A DNA stretch of 64,000 nucleotides from Paraspadella gotoi (taxonomy: Eukaryota > Animalia > Chaetognatha). The stretch spans positions 1,757,486 to 1,821,485 of the forward strand of contig CM119268.1 in assembly GCA_051294375.1 (NCBI GenBank). Reading direction: 5' to 3'. How positions within the stretch are numbered: the stretch's first letter is position 1; each line of letters opens with the position of its first letter. The notes beneath the pieces were generated by a model. It ran no database searches. It was not told where the DNA came from and saw only the letters and a list, made by a program, of their open reading frames with translations. Made by a program: the position numbers and the translations under genes. Of this stretch, positions 26,064 to 40,700 are shown one piece after another.

Positions 26064-29000
26064 ATGGCAGATTCTGACGTCGTGACGCTCGGTTTCATCA
26101 ACTTTTACTGTAGAGAAAAACTTTGGCACCATTTGCAAGAATCCTGCCAAAATGGACTTCGGAAGTACGGCAACGACGCCGTGCTTAAATTCTTCAACGC
26201 CTGGGGTCTCGTCAAGGAAGGCTCCATTCAAGAGGGAATGCGGGAGTTGGAGGCGCTCAAAGACAAGGCCGACGTAAATCTCTGCACCTTCATGGCGTTG
26301 ATATGGAGTCACAAGCAAGAAAAGAATGTGGACAGGGAGGCGGTGCAGGTGGTTAAATATTTATTTTGTGGTTTATAATGCTTGATTTAAATCGTATATT
26401 ATTGTTTTACAATCGCATTTCGTTTTTCCTCAGGAACTTGAATCACGTCTGAAGGAGGAACGGCGACAGGCCGGCGAAAAGGGACTCTACTTCGCCGGCC
26501 TCTTTCTTTTCCACATCGGCCGTCACGACAAGGCGCGTGAGTACGTCGAACGCGTCGTCAAGATGAATCCCCAGTCGCGCGAGGGACTCACCCTATTAGG
26601 CTGGAACGACATGAGGGCGGGTCGCGACGCGATGGCTAAAAAAGCCGGTAAATATTTGGAGGAGGCGCTCAAACTGGATTCTCCCAAGGATCCTGATCTA
26701 CTGATGGCCCGCGCGGAGTACATGACTCAGCGAGGAAAGTTGAGCGGCGCTTTGGAGGTTATCAATCACGCCGTCGTAACTTATCCCAATTTCACGCCCG
26801 CGCTTGTCGCCAAGATGCGCATTCAACTCGCTTCGCAAGACTGGGAGCAAGTCGGGGAAACCGCGGCGCGAATCTCGGGGTTGGACGCCAACAATCTTCA
26901 CAGCACCGTCTATCAAATCCTCCATTTGCTGTGTCGCGATGGAAACTGCAACGAAGCTACCAACAAGATCGGGGAACTGGTTGAAAAATTGGATAGATTC
27001 GAACCTCGTAACGGCGACTTTTATTTTCGCATGGCGCAAGTGTTTAGTCGTATCTGTGGTCGCAACAACCTTGTGTTACAACAGACGCTTGAAATGGTTC
27101 AAAGAGCGTTGTCGACGGATAAACAAAACGCCGAGTATTTCAACGAATTGGGGTTTCACTTTTTCATGGAGGGTCGCTACAAAGAATCCCAGAAAGCGTA
27201 CAAAATGGCTATGAAATTGGACGAAACCTCCGTCGCCGCTTTGACTGGTATAATAAACTGTCAACTGCAAGAAGACAAATTGGACGATGCCGAAACCCAG
27301 TTGGATTTTTTAAACGAGGTGCAGCAGAGTATCGGAAAAAGCGCGGAGCTCTGCTTTCTCACGGCCCTGTTGCACCAAAAGAAAGAACGGGAGCCCGACA
27401 AAGTTCAAAAATTGCTAAACGAAGCCGTAGAAATTCACATGGGTGCCGTTGCCGACATGTCGCCCTCCGAAGAATATTACCGTCTCCTAAATCCGGATTT
27501 TCTCTTGACGATTCTTCAGCAACTATTAGAGTACGCGCCTTCCGAACCCGCCAGCGCCGGGATGCCCGCTCCGCCGATTCTTAAGCAAGCCACGGCAGTT
27601 TTGGAACCGTTGTCGCGATGTTTACCTGGTCTTCACGAAGCAGGCTACCTGACGGCCAAAGTCTTGTTCTTGTCCGGCGAGGACGATGGCGCTCAGGCGG
27701 CGTTGGGGCGCGTAATTGAACATGATGTGACCTTCTCCGAAGCGCATCTGCTGATGGCACAGATCCATTTGCACCAGGGGAATCACCAGGCGGCGACTCA
27801 GTCCCTTGACGTTGGGTTGTCCTACAATTTTCAAGTGCGCGATCATCCCATCTATCATCTCATCAAATCCAAATGTCAAAAACTTAACGGCGAACTTGAG
27901 GGCGCCGTCAAGACTCTGACCGCGGCCATGGCGCTTCCGGGCGTGAAAAAGCCCTTGCGAGGACCCCAACCGACGAAAAAGAGGCCCGTGACTCTGAACG
28001 ACAGAGTGACAGTGTACTTGGAACTTGCCGACGCTTACTTGTCCTCGGATTCGCAGCACGAAGCCGCTAAGATTATGCAGGACGCCTTGGAGGAGTTCCA
28101 CAAGACGCCCGAGGAAAATCGCGTCGTCATTGTCAACGCGGGGTTGGCGTTGCGACGCGGGGACGTTCAAGGTGCTATCGGAACTCTTCGCGGGATAGGC
28201 CCCGGCAAGCCCTACTTTGTCATGGCTCGGGAAAAGTTGGCTGACTTGTATTTAAACCACGTGAAAGATCGGCGGCTTTACGCCGCGTGTTATCGAGAAC
28301 TGGTCGAGCAACAACCCTCGCCGCAGACTTGCATCCTTCTAGGCGACGCCTACATGGCCATCCAGGAACCGGAAAAGGCAATCGAAGTCTACGAGTCTGC
28401 TTTAAAGAAAAATCCTCGAGACAGCCAGCTGGCGTCGAAGATCGGGCGCGCCCTGGTCAAGACCCACAATTATGGCAAGGCCATAAACTATTACGAGGCC
28501 GCGTTAAAGAGCGGGAATCAAAATTTCCTGCGTTACGACCTTGCCGAGCTGCTGCTGAAGTTGCGCCAGTACGACAAGGCTGAAAAGATCATAACCCTCG
28601 CCCTTAACGACGAGAGTAAGCCGCAGGATCTCTCCGGAATGATGGACGAGACCAAGTACCTGCATTTGCTCTCGCAGGTGCACATGAAGGTGGGCCGCTT
28701 GGACGAGGGAGTGATGGCTTTGAATCGAGCCAAGGAAACACAGGGAAAGGTTTTAAAACGAGTGGCCATCGAGTCCCCTGAGGTTCTGTCGCAGCAGAAA
28801 CAATTGGCGTCTTCCATCTGCAAGGAAATTGCGTCTCACGCCGCGGGCCAAAGGGATTTCGAAAAAGCGATAAGGTATTATGATAATTTGTTTTATATTG
28901 TGAATCATTTACTATCTAGTAAAAAAGTATATCACATTTTTAGAAAAGGTTGTCTACTGGAAAAAAAATAAAATCAGAATTCAATTTTCTTTCAGTAGCT

Positions 29001-31042
29001 TCCTTCCATTTTTTCGTCTTCAAATTGTTTAGAAGGAACGGGCAAAAAGATATCGCTACTTCAAATAAGAATAATTATTTGTTTTTATTTTGAATGGAGT
29101 TCGTTATTTTTTATTTTTTATTTTGCAATGCTAAAGGCCTTTTTTGGTTAAAAAAAGGTCATTATAGCTCTCAGAAAAGAGAAAAAAAATTTTAAAAACT
29201 ATAAAATTCAGCCAATGATGATGATGATAATGATTTTTTAACTTTTTTTTAATTTTTAACCAATTTCTTGTCAAAATTTTAAAAAATTGTAGTACTAACT
29301 TTCATTTAACTTTTCAAGGAATCCGTTCTTAAAATTATCCGTAAAAAATTGTAGTACTAACTTTCATTTAACTTTTCAAGGAATCCGTTCTTAAAATTAT
29401 TTTTTTTAAATTTTTGTCATTTGTTATATATTAATAAATATTTAATAGCTTCAGTGCAACAACCCAATGAACTAATTCCAAAAGTTGCATTAAAAATCGA
29501 TTTAGTAATAGAAGGAAAAAAGAAATTTTTTTGAGAGAATTATAAGTTATAAAAAGTGTTCAATTTTGGCCCGCCTTACTGTACAGTCAAGTTTTTCCCC
29601 ATTTTATTTAAAAAATATATATTTTTGAATGACTTCACCAATAGTAATAGTAATGATTTTTCTTTACAAGCATAACTTATGTATGCTATGTATTGTTGAG
29701 ATTTTTGTTTGCTTTTTACTTTGCCGTCACTTCATTAAACAAAAGACGTTCGTGATTTTTTTTTCAATTTTCTTGAATCCAACCTCAATTTTTTTCCTTC
29801 TCTTCTTACAGCTTATACAAAGAGGCTTTGGTTCACGATCCAACCGATGAAGACGCTATGTTGGAAGTGGCCAATCTCCTGCTGACCACCAACGACCTCG
29901 ACGCCTGCCAGGCTCAATGCCTGGCTATAATGAAGACCGACTTCGAGACGGCCAACGACGCCGCCGTCATGATGCTCGCCAACATCATGTTTCAGAAGAA
30001 CGACTACGACGGCGCCACCTTCCACTTTTCCCAGCTGCTGGAGAAAAAGGCTGATCATTTCGAGGCGTTGTCTCGCCTCGTCGATTTGCTACGCCGCGCC
30101 GGCCGCGTCGATGAAATCCCGCGCTTCCTGGAATCTGCGTCGAACAAGTCCCCACGCGTGGCGCTCGAACCCGGCTTCAACTATTGCAAGGCGCTTTACG
30201 AGTGGTACGTCGGCAACGCCGAGAACGCCCTCAAGTTCTTCAACAAAGCGCGTAAAGATTCGGACTGGGGCCTCTTGGCCTCTTACAACATGGTGGAGAT
30301 CTGTCTGAATCCGGACAACGAGACCATCGGCGGAGAGGTGTTCGAAGGAGCCGAGGATCTCCACTCCACGGAGAAGAAAGATAACGAGCAAATGGCCTTG
30401 CGAACTGCGGAGAAGCTGTTGAAAGAGATCAAACCCAAGCAAGGCGATCTTAGGTTTAAACTCTTAGAAAACTTTGCTTTGATCGCCACCAAAGAAAAGG
30501 CTAAGGTGGAGAAGGCTCTCGCCGCCTTTATGGAGGTCTCAACGGCAGAGCGGGACCACGTGGGGGCCTTGTACGGGATGGCGCAAGCCTACATGGTGCT
30601 AAAGCAGACGCCCCGAGCCAGGAATCAGCTCAAGCGCGTCGTCAAGGCCAACTGGACTATGGCGGACGGGGACTACCTAGAGAAATGCTGGCTGCTCCTC
30701 AGCGACATCTACATTCAAAACGGCAAATTCGACATGGCCACCGAGCTGCTCAAGCGCTGCGTCGCCCACAACCGGTCCTGCTGCAAGGCCTACGAGTATT
30801 TGGGCTACATCATGGAGAAAGAGCAGTCGTACAAGGACGCTGCGGCGAATTACGAGGCAGCGTGGAAGACGTCCAACTCGTCCAATCCTCACATCGGATA
30901 TAAGTTGGCCTTTAATTACTTAAAGGCCAAGCGGTACGTGGACGCCATCGACGTGTGCCACTCTGTGCTGCAAATGCATCCAAACTATCCCAAAGTGCGG
31001 AAAGAAATTTTGGAAAAAGCGAGACAGAGCATTCGAATTTAA
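26064..31042 (+). CDS. TTC21B: IFT-A TPR subunit IFT139 (TTC21B/TTC21A), 3 exons
   Basis: Exons 26064-26348, 26434-28874 and 29812-31042, phase-consistent. About 1310 aa of TPR repeats; [17 protein letters not shown]; [31 protein letters not shown]. Confidence 0.95.
29281..29400. repeat. 58-bp near-tandem duplication in TTC21B intron 2
   Basis: 29281-29338 is identical to 29343-29400. Confidence 0.9.
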
Positions 31043-31439
31043 ATACATTGGGTTAATCACTGAAAAGTTAAGAGAACCCATTGTAAAGAGACGGTTAAAC
31101 AAAAGACAAAAAATTCGAAACCTAAGGAAAAGTATATTTTTCCAGTTTCTCTGATAAAAAAAAATATTTAAAAGCAATTTTTTATCAAAATCCGTTTCGT
31201 CCTAATTGACCACATCTCTTTATTTTATATTACTTATTATTTATGATATATTTATTTGATATTCACTGTAGCAGTTTAGCACTGGTCTCATGTCACTTGC
31301 ATATACAATAAGATTTTTAAAAACGACTGTCTAGTGTCTACGTTAATTTTAATGTAAAAAAGCATCTATTATTACTGACTTCGTCGTGAACGATTTTTAT
31401 TTCATCTTAGTAAAATAACAAAAATTGGCTCTCACCGCC

Positions 31440-33883
31440 ATGACCAGTGAAATAAGCCTCCGCCCCGATCCCCCCGACACTCGCCTGACTTTGGCCTCCA
31501 TCCGATGGCGGACGTTGCGCCAGAACAGCAACTTCGAAAACGAGCGGGTCTTTGAAGAGCTGTTGGACGCCATCGCCGACAACGGAGAAGTCGATCTCAT
31601 TCAGTCCCTGATTCGGCGCCTGGGGCAGCGGCTCCAGTATCTCGTCGATCTCCAAGGCCTCGACGCCTTCCAACACGCCATCATCCACCACAACGTCATC
31701 GCGATGCGTCTTTTTTTCAACAAGCATCTCTTTCAACAGCCCCATCAACCCAAATGCAATCCCTATCTCCATCTGGCTTCTCGAACGGGCTGTCTGCCGG
31801 CGATCTCACTTCTGCTGCACGAGCGCCCCAGCGAGTTTTATCAAAAGGAGCAGTTGGAGATTCCCTACTACTTGCTGCACAGGAACGACCCGGCAGACTT
31901 TTCTCTCTGTCGCGTCAAAAAGTTTGGAGATGCCCGGGAAAAAGAGGCGGAGATCGCGATGACGAACGCGAAGGGCGATTCCAATGCTCGATCTTCGAGG
32001 CCGAGTTCTTCGTCGAAGGACTCCACGAAACCGGCGTTGGCGGAAGAAAAACAAGTCTTGGACGATTCGGGATTCTCGGAAATGAAGAAGGAAGAGTTGG
32101 GAGAAGAAGCGGGGATCGAGAAAGTGAGAGGAACATCTCAAAGCAAAAATGAAAAATCAGAAACTGTGGATGAAGTCGTCGATGACAATCAAGTAAACCA
32201 AGATGGGATCGTCGAAAGCCACTTGGAAACCAAAGAAGAGGCAAGTAACGATGCGGACAACGACGACGAAGATGTCGACTGCATCGACGACATCGACAGC
32301 GACGAAAACATAGAAGCCAACGACGTTGACAGCGACGAGCCCAGACAATGCTTGGACCCCGAGACAGAGGAAAGATTAAACAACGAATTCATGCATCGCA
32401 TGTGCATGGAAGATCCGGACATTTTAGAAATGACGGAACCATTGACGCCGCTGGAGCACGCGGCCCGAGGCGGCCACCTTGAGGCTGTAGAAACTCTCCT
32501 TTCCGAATACCCGGCGCAGCGGCAGGCGACGTTGCTGGAGTCGGCCGTCATCCTGAACTGCCCCGACGCTCTTCACTTGCTGTTTTGCCGCAAAGATCCT
32601 GTTGTGGCGAAGATCGGTATCGACGCCGCCCTCAAGGAAGCCATTCGTCGCAAGCTGTCTGTCATGATCGAAGCGTTGGTGGCGCACGGGGCGGACCACG
32701 ACCAAGCTTTTAACGGACTTAATTGCTTGCACTGTATGTATACCTACACGTCCGGCTATCAGATCCACTACCGTCGAATGGAAGGGGTGCTGGAATCGAC
32801 GAAGGCTCTCTTAGACGTGGCGAGGGTGCCGGTCAACGTTGCTTCCCCATTGGGCTCTCATCCGTTGTACAGTCTGATGGAGAATCTGGCGCAGGACAGG
32901 GATCAGTTTGAGGGGATGGAGGACGAAAAGGCGGGAGCCACCCATCTCGCGGCGATGAAGGTGACGAAAATGTCGTAATTATTAAAAATATTTTTTAAAA
33001 TCTATGATTTAATTATTCGTGCATGAAAAAATGATCTTTCCTCCAGGTGTTGCTCGAGGCCGGAGCGGATCCCAACTTGGACGAAGAACACCTCCACAAT
33101 TTGGCGGGCGACGACGCCAACGTGACGTTTGGGCGCCAATTGTTTGGTTCCGCCCTCAAGGGTTTCTTCTCCGGCCTCTCTGTCTTCGAGGACAAAAACG
33201 GCGTCGTTCCCGACGCGACTCGTCTTCTCCTTCGCCATGGTGCCGTCGTCGAACCCCCCGACGCCGCCACATTTCGCCGTCCCCTCGTCAACTTCGTCCA
33301 CTACGCCTACAAGATGGAAATGTTGAGCCCGCTTCATCGCAACTCGGCTGCCACCACGCTGCTACTGTTGCTGCGGCACGGCGCCGACGTCGAGGCATTT
33401 GACTTTGACTGGGGATTCCCCATCAACCACTACTTTAACTTTCTGGCTCAAGTCCCGGACTTTGTGGGTCCCATGCCGACGACGCGGGTCCATGCCGCCG
33501 AGGTCAAGGTTCCTTTCATCCTCTTGGACCACATGGCCCCCGGTCCGCGCAGCATAGCCCTTCGTCGCATCCGCAATGCCTTTCTAGGCCGGAGGCCGGT
33601 CTTTGACGACGAATCCGACGCTGCCGTAGACGATATCGTCGACGAAGTGAAGGCAGCGGCGACGACTCCAGTCTCTTTGCAACACTTGGCCAGGTTGCGA
33701 ATATGGAAGAGCGTGGGGCGGAAGGTGGACCGATTGGAGGGACTGCCTCTGCCGGTGCATCTTGTCGATTGCATGTTCGAGCCGGAGTATTACGGGATCG
33801 AAGCCAAAGGTCCATCCACCACTCCGTCCGTCGAAGATATTGAAACGGATGCCGATGCAGAACTGAATATCGAAGAAACTTAA
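31440..33883 (+). CDS. Ankyrin-repeat and SOCS-box (ASB-like) protein with acidic insert, 2 exons
   Basis: Intron 32961-33046. Ankyrin-like TPLEHAARGGHLEAVETLL, LLEAGADPN and LLRHGADV. C-terminal SOCS box PVSLQHLARLRIWKSV..LPLPVHLVDCM. Confidence 0.8.
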
Positions 33884-34077
33884 CTACAATAACTTTTACA
33901 GAATAGCCTATGCAATTATGTTTTTATTTATACAATACTATGAGTATGACTCTCTAAGGAGTAGTTTTATTGTCATTCTAGTCACTTTGATCGTTAAGCT
34001 TGCAATAATTGTTCGCCATGTGATTTTTTTCATGTCTTGTATCAGAAAACAAAAGAACCCAAAAGGAGGAAAAAAAG

Positions 34078-35068
34078 ATGAGCGAGAAACTTCTCCCCAC
34101 CGTCATCCGTGGGGCCATCCCTCTCTCCATCGGCGCGCCTCGAACCGACTTCCGCTCCGGCTGCGCCACCGTCGACGTCTCTTTCCCCAACTCGTCCGTC
34201 GTCGACGTCGGAGAGATTCAGTTCCGCAACTACTACGTGGCCATTCTCACAGTCCGCGCCCGACTCCGCGGCGCCGACGGCAGCGACGTTTGGCGCACTC
34301 TCGTCAAAAACAAAAGGCTCATGGATGATCCTCATAGCGAACGGGGGAGTCACGATTACGTCGTGCTTACGAGGAAGAACGTCGCCGTGGAGATGGAAGT
34401 GAGAGGGCGAACCTATTTTGATTTATTTTTAGAATGAGTCTTTTCAACTTTTTCCATCCCCCCTTCCCCTTGCCTTTTTCCCTCCCCCCTTCCCCTCGTC
34501 TTTTTCCCCCTTCCCCCTTCCCCTCTTCTTTTTTTCCCTTCCCCTCTTCTTTTTCCCTTCCCCCTTCCACTCGCCTATTTCCCTCCCCCTTCCCCTCGCC
34601 TTTTTCCCTTCCCCTCGCCTTTTTCCCTTCCCCTCGCCTATTTCCTTCCCTCGCCTTTTTCCCTTCCCCCTTCCCCTCGCCTATTTCCCTTCCCTCGCCT
34701 ATTTCCCTTCCCCTTCCCTCCCCTTTTTTCGCACGAAGAACGTCTCCAGTCTTCGTTTCGTCCTCCGTCAACCTTCCCCAGTTTGGAAAGACTTTTACCT
34801 CGACGACATCAAGATCTACGCGTCCGTCGTCGAAACATCCAACCCCATCACTCTCACCGAGTTTCTCAAGCTGGAGGAAAGCGCCCAACGTCGACCGGAC
34901 AAGTCCAAGCTCGCCAACGTCGTTCTCCCGAACGTCCAAGCCGTCTCCATGGAGCTGCAGCAGCTCTGGGGACTCACAGAATTGCTCAAGGCCAATCAGT
35001 CGACCGTCGGAACGGGACGTTACGACATCGACGGCAGCTACGACATTAACCTCTTGTCGTACGCTTGA
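34078..35068 (+). CDS. NICN1: Nicolin-1 (tubulin polyglutamylase complex subunit), 2 exons
   Basis: Exons 34078-34398 and 34739-35068; EIQFRNYYVAILTVR..LMDDPHSERGSHDYV..LRFVLRQPSPVW..GRYDIDGSYDINLLSYA*. Confidence 0.9.
34455..34725. repeat. Polypyrimidine (ttcccct/cgcc) low-complexity tract in the NICN1 intron
   Basis: Almost purely C/T repeat, so G-tract rich on the minus strand. Confidence 0.85.
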
Positions 35069-35711
35069 CGGCGGGATTTAATCTTCGCGGCATTTTTTTT
35101 TTTGCAATTAGAAATGAAATTGGTACAACCAATATAAATGTTATTCGCCGATAAAAAGATATTTGCACTTTGGACCTCTCTTCAGACAGGAGGAAATACA
35201 ACCAAAAAAAAAACTCAAAAAAAAACTTCAGCAATCGAAATACAACTTACGACTTACGACTCCTGTTAATCCCTTTCATACCACCGACCAAATTTATTGC
35301 CATCACCCACAACTTTTCTTTCCCGTTTTAAAACAAATCGAAAACCGCTTTCCTCCGATGGAGAGAATCCAAGACCGATCGCTGTGTAGCTCCGCGAATT
35401 TTGTCTTACATTCCCTTCGTGCCATTCTATTATTTATCTTAACATCTAACGTTTGACATTTTCCCCGGAGTCTCGTTTTAGTCTCGATCACTTTTTTTTT
35501 CGACCTTTTTTTTTAAATTAGAGATGCCGGAGATATTTTATACCTTTCCGTTTAAATTTTCTACTCTTTTAAATGTTTTTTTAAGATGTGAGTCAGAGGA
35601 GGAGAACAATAAGAAATAAGAAAATACATTCGAAAATCGCCGCCAAACTCGCTTTGTCGTTTTATAAAAAAAAATAAAAGACAATAAATTAATATTAATT
35701 AATAAATAACG

Positions 35712-36189
35712 ATGGCGGGCGACGCGTTGACGGCCTCGACGGGCCTGTATCTGGACGACCTCAACAAGATCCGCGTCCTCGAGCCGGAGATCTCCGCCGA
35801 GACGGAAACGCTGCGCGACGAGTGCGCCGACTTCCTCAAAAAGACGGAGAACTTCAAAGCCATCGCCGACACCTTCGTGCGGCACGTCGACACCCTCCAG
35901 GGACAAGTGGAGAAGGAGAAGATGAAGGGAATCGGGTATAGAAATCTCCTCAAGAGCGTCGCCAAACAGCGGGAAGCCAAGAAGCAGCAGCTGCAGGTGG
36001 CGCGGATGGGAAATTACCGGTTGAGTCAAAAAGTCTCGGATAACTCTCAACATTTTTTTTTTTGGACCTTAGGCGCTCATCGCCGAGAAGAAAATGCAGT
36101 TGGAGAGATTGCGTCTTCAGAGCGAATCACTTCAAAAAGTCGAGGCAGAGCAGATTGACTTCATCGATCAGTACATAATGAGGAAATAA
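35712..36189 (+). CDS. IFT20: Intraflagellar transport protein 20, 2 exons
   Basis: Exons 35712-35996 and 36073-36189; [36 protein letters not shown]|[14 protein letters not shown]. Confidence 0.95.
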
Positions 36190-36392
36190 ATGGAACCAAC
36201 AAAGGAAATCTGTACTTCTTGTGACTTCTCGTGACTTCTCGTGACTTCTTAAATTATTATTATCCTTTTTACATTTAATAATGTATCATCGAAATCGAGG
36301 GCAACAGTTTTGAGATATTCTTAACGCAACGCTTGGAACGCCCGGTTCCTTTCACTCGATCAATTCCTTTTTTTTCTCTCTCTCTCTTCCCT

Positions 36393-36423
<31 letters not shown>

Positions 36424-36929
36424 TCCCTTTTTTCTCTCTCTCTCTCTCTCTCTTCCCTTTTTTTTTCTGTAATTGGCCTCGAAATGGAGGATTTTTCCCC
36501 GCGGATGGAATTTTGACAAGATTGGAATTCTCCCGGTCGCTCGAATGGCAGGCGACACTTTTTTTATCTTCTTTCGTCGCTTTGGAAACCGGCTTTTCGC
36601 CGACGGTTACTTTCACGCCTTTTCTTTCCAAGTGTTGACTTGGGTTTGTCTTTCTCTTAGCCATGCCCAACATTTTTATTTTCTTATTGCGGTTAAGGTA
36701 TTTTTTTTTCCTCTTTATATTTCGGTTTTTTTTTTTCGGTCAGAAATTGTAAGGCTTTTTTTTCTTTTAACCCTTTTCAAAGGCGAATTTCGACGATCGG
36801 GATCAAAAATTAATTCGAATTTAGCATTTTTTAAACTGCCTTATCGAAGAAAAAAGAAATTCCGAATTATATCTCGATTTTTTTTTCCTAATTTCTACAT
36901 TTGTTCGTCTAATCTTTAAACCCCGATTC

Positions 36930-36990
<61 letters not shown>

Positions 36991-37776
36991 GTTTTCCCAT
37001 TGCTTTACTTATCCCTCTTCCTCTTAGCTTCGTCTTTCTTTTCGATGCCATCATTCCATCAGCTGGCTTTTCAGACCCGGACATTCAATTTCCTTATTCT
37101 TTCATCATTCGCTTATTTCTTTCCCATTTTTCGCTTTGGTATATTTATTAAAAGAGCCTCACAGTAAGAGGTTCCGGTTAGATTTTTTTTTTCTAAGTTC
37201 ATCCAGTTTTAATTTGTCTCGCGAAACTTTTTTTTTTTATTGGACAGAACATAAAATCGTAAATATTGTTCCCGCGCCGCGAAATGAAATTTCTTCGAAC
37301 TCGTCAAAAAGATCAGTTTTGAAGTCGTCTCGGTGTGTTTGTCGTCTGAAGGAATGGCCGTGTTCGCAGACGGTAAAAACGTCGAGACGTTAAAACGAGA
37401 ATCGCGGAAAGGAAATGAAGCACCTCGCACGAGTCGACGGAAATGAGACACTGCTCGCTCATTCGCAGCCTTAAATCACATTCGCTCAACTGCAGCCGCT
37501 TCCCCTTCAAGAACGCAACCGGGATTGACACTTAACTCCAGTTTAGCGGATTTAACTCTTTGTTTAATTTACGCTGGGTATTTTCTGGGCATTTTCTCCA
37601 ACTCTTCTGGCGCCTGAGACGAAGAACCCTTTCGATCGCCGTTCATTTTCGACCGAAGGTGAGCGCTTTCGATTTGAAACAAACAAACAAACAAACAAAC
37701 CTCCCCTCCTTTCCCGCTCCCGCCGACGACTTTAAACGGCGGCTTCATCTATCCACCGGAAAATAACAGAACTGAC

Positions 37777-40700
37777 ATGAATCGGTACAACGTCGAGAAA
37801 ATTCTCGGTGATGGGACCTACGGGAGCGTCATTTTGTGCACGAACACGGAAACGGGAGAGAAAGTGGCCGTGAAAAAGTTAGTTTGAAAGTGATTTCATG
37901 TTATTATTATTTATTTATGTATAAAATAGAAATTAAAAATTGAGTCTGGCTTTAGCCATTCGATGAACTTATTAAATTAAAATCGTTCGAACTTATTTGT
38001 TTTTAAGGATGAAGAAAAAATTTTATTCTTGGGAAGAGTGCATGAATCTGAGGGAAGTAAAGGTGAGTGTTGACCCATTAAAGGTGAAATTAAATGATCT
38101 TTAAAAAAAATAATAAATTACCAAATCGTATATACGTATTTTAATAAAAATTTCGACTCGAATTATTTTTTTCCCCTTTCAAATGGTTTTTAGTCTTTGA
38201 AGAAACTGAGTCACACAAACGTGATAAAATTGAGGGAAGTGATCCGAGAAAACGACCAACTCTACTTTGTATTCGAGTACATGAAAGAAAATCTCTACCA
38301 ACTCATGAAGGACAGGGATAAGCTCTTTCCGGAAAACCACGTCAGGAACATAATGTATCAAATATGTCAGGTAATTAGTTTCTGGTTTACAAATATTATT
38401 AAAACGTCAGATTCAAAAGAAAGCTCACGGTTTTCCATTTCCCAGGGAATGGCCTTCATGCACAAGCACGGCTTTTTTCACCGAGACTTGAAGCCAGAAA
38501 ACCTTTTGTGCAGCGGGCCCGATGTGGTGAAGATCGCAGACTTTGGTCTCGCGAGGGAAATAAGATCCAGACCGCCATACACGGACTACGTTTCCACTCG
38601 ATGGTGGGCTTTAGAGAAGTTTTATTTCTAGTTAAAACTTGATCCTGATTAAAATCGAAATTAATCTAGGTATCGCGCTCCCGAGGTCTTGCTCCGGTCG
38701 ACCCATTACAGCTCGCCCATCGACATTTGGGCCATGGGCGCCATCATGGCGGAACTCTATTCTCTTCGCCCTCTTTTCCCGGGAACCTCCGAGGTCGACC
38801 AAATATGGAAGATTTGCTCAGTTTTGGGATCTCCGTCCAAAGTGCGAACGAATTTATTAAATTTATTTATCGTTTGACTCGATGCTGCACGCAGTTTATA
38901 TGTGATGACGAAACTAGTTGCCACGAACCAATATTTATATATTCCCTTACCAGGAGGATTGGCCCGAGGGACATCAGTTAGCGAGCAACATGAACTTTAA
39001 TTTTCCGAGATGCGCACCGACGCCGCTAGCAACGTTGGTTCCAAACGCCAGTCCGGACGCCATCAATCTCATTTATGATATGCTCAAGTGGGACCCAAAG
39101 AAAAGACCGACCTCAGGCCAGGTAATCATTCTTATTTAATAATTTTATTTAAAAAAATTGTTTAAACCTTGAAATTAGTGTTAGTTTAATTTTTTTCAAA
39201 GATTTGGGGGGGGGGAAACAAAATAAAATATTTTTTATTAATAAAAATGGTTATTGGTTAAATAATAATTTATATTGGTCTTTTTAATTAAATTATTTTT
39301 ATCAGCTTTTTTTTTTTCTTCCATTGATCCCTTCTTGTGGTCGTAATTCTCTTGCTTGTTTAATTCCACGCCCTAGACTTCAAGTGAAATCTTTTAATCT
39401 TTTTCTTTTCTCAGAGGCTAAACGGATGGATTTAGGAATTAAGAATAAAAGAAAGCCAGAAAGACGAAGGAGGGAGTTAGGATGACGTCACAGATGAAAT
39501 GACTTTGTTTTCCGCGTCATCGACTACTTCCGGCGTTTGGGGATAGTAACTTTCGTTCTCCCCCCTTTTTTTTTTTTAAAGTTGGATTTCTGTTCATTTA
39601 TTTCTTTGGATGACATCCGTCCCTGCCTTTAGATTCACAATAATCGTCGATGCCAAAGCGTATCACCGAGAATCACTTTGCAAAGAGGGCAGAACAGAAA
39701 TGTCGAGGGGTTGGTGGCGGGGAAATCCACAACGAGATTTTTTTTTTGCTGCAATTATTCTGAGTTTTTCCGTTAGTATCTGAATAAAAACTTTAGCAAC
39801 GATAAGATTAGGTTTTTGGAAATGAGACTATTTAGCCGGAAATAGTAAATAAAAAATGAATAACAGAAAAATTTAATAGTACAAACTTATTACTCTTAAT
39901 TTTTGGGGAAGATCCAAGGATTTGATTCATCCTTTCCCAAAAAAATTTGAGTCCGTGTTTCTGGAATTTTTCGAACAGCTGATTCATATTTTCTCTTTTT
40001 TTTAAGCGTTTGTGTCCAAAATCGGAAAATTTATCACAATATTTAATATCTACGAACCTGGTCGATTTTTTTTAATGATCGTTACATAAAATTATAATAT
40101 TGTATGGCTAGAAGATTAATTTATTAATTCATTAAAGCAGAAAAAAATAAAAGGGAAAAAAAATAGGAGAAAAAACAAGGAATGTTACGAGGTTAAGCCG
40201 CCGACTGATGGCTCGATTTTTTTTTTTTTTTTTTAGGTCTTTGTTCATTTCCTTCAGAAACATTTAAATTTATTATTCGCTTCACTTTTTCTTTTCGTAG
40301 GAGGGAAAGAGAAATTTGCTTTAAGAGTTACAAGGGATTTACCCATCTTGGTTGCTGCAGGACGGCCTAACATCATTTAGTGCAAGCTTTAAAATTCTTA
40401 TCTAAAGAAATTTTTTTAGTGCCAGAAAATTATTATCTAATCAAAAACAGACATTTATTTAAATATGCATGAAAATGATCAAAAGATGTATACCGACAAA
40501 AACAATCACTTATGTATTTGTAATTCGTAGCGTTATAATTATGTTATAGGGCGCACTCGATTAGGATTTTCATTATTTTGGAGTATTTTTTTTCCCGATA
40601 TCCCGATATGCTGCTAGGTTCTTGTGTTAGGGTCCTAACACTTGTCGAGTGTTCAATTGTGATTTACGGTCGAATTGTTTCTATAGCAGAGCCTAGAAGT

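Noticed and set aside
34367-35081. 190-215 aa Pro/Phe- or Gly/Glu-rich ORFs
   Set aside because: Translations of the low-complexity NICN1 intron.
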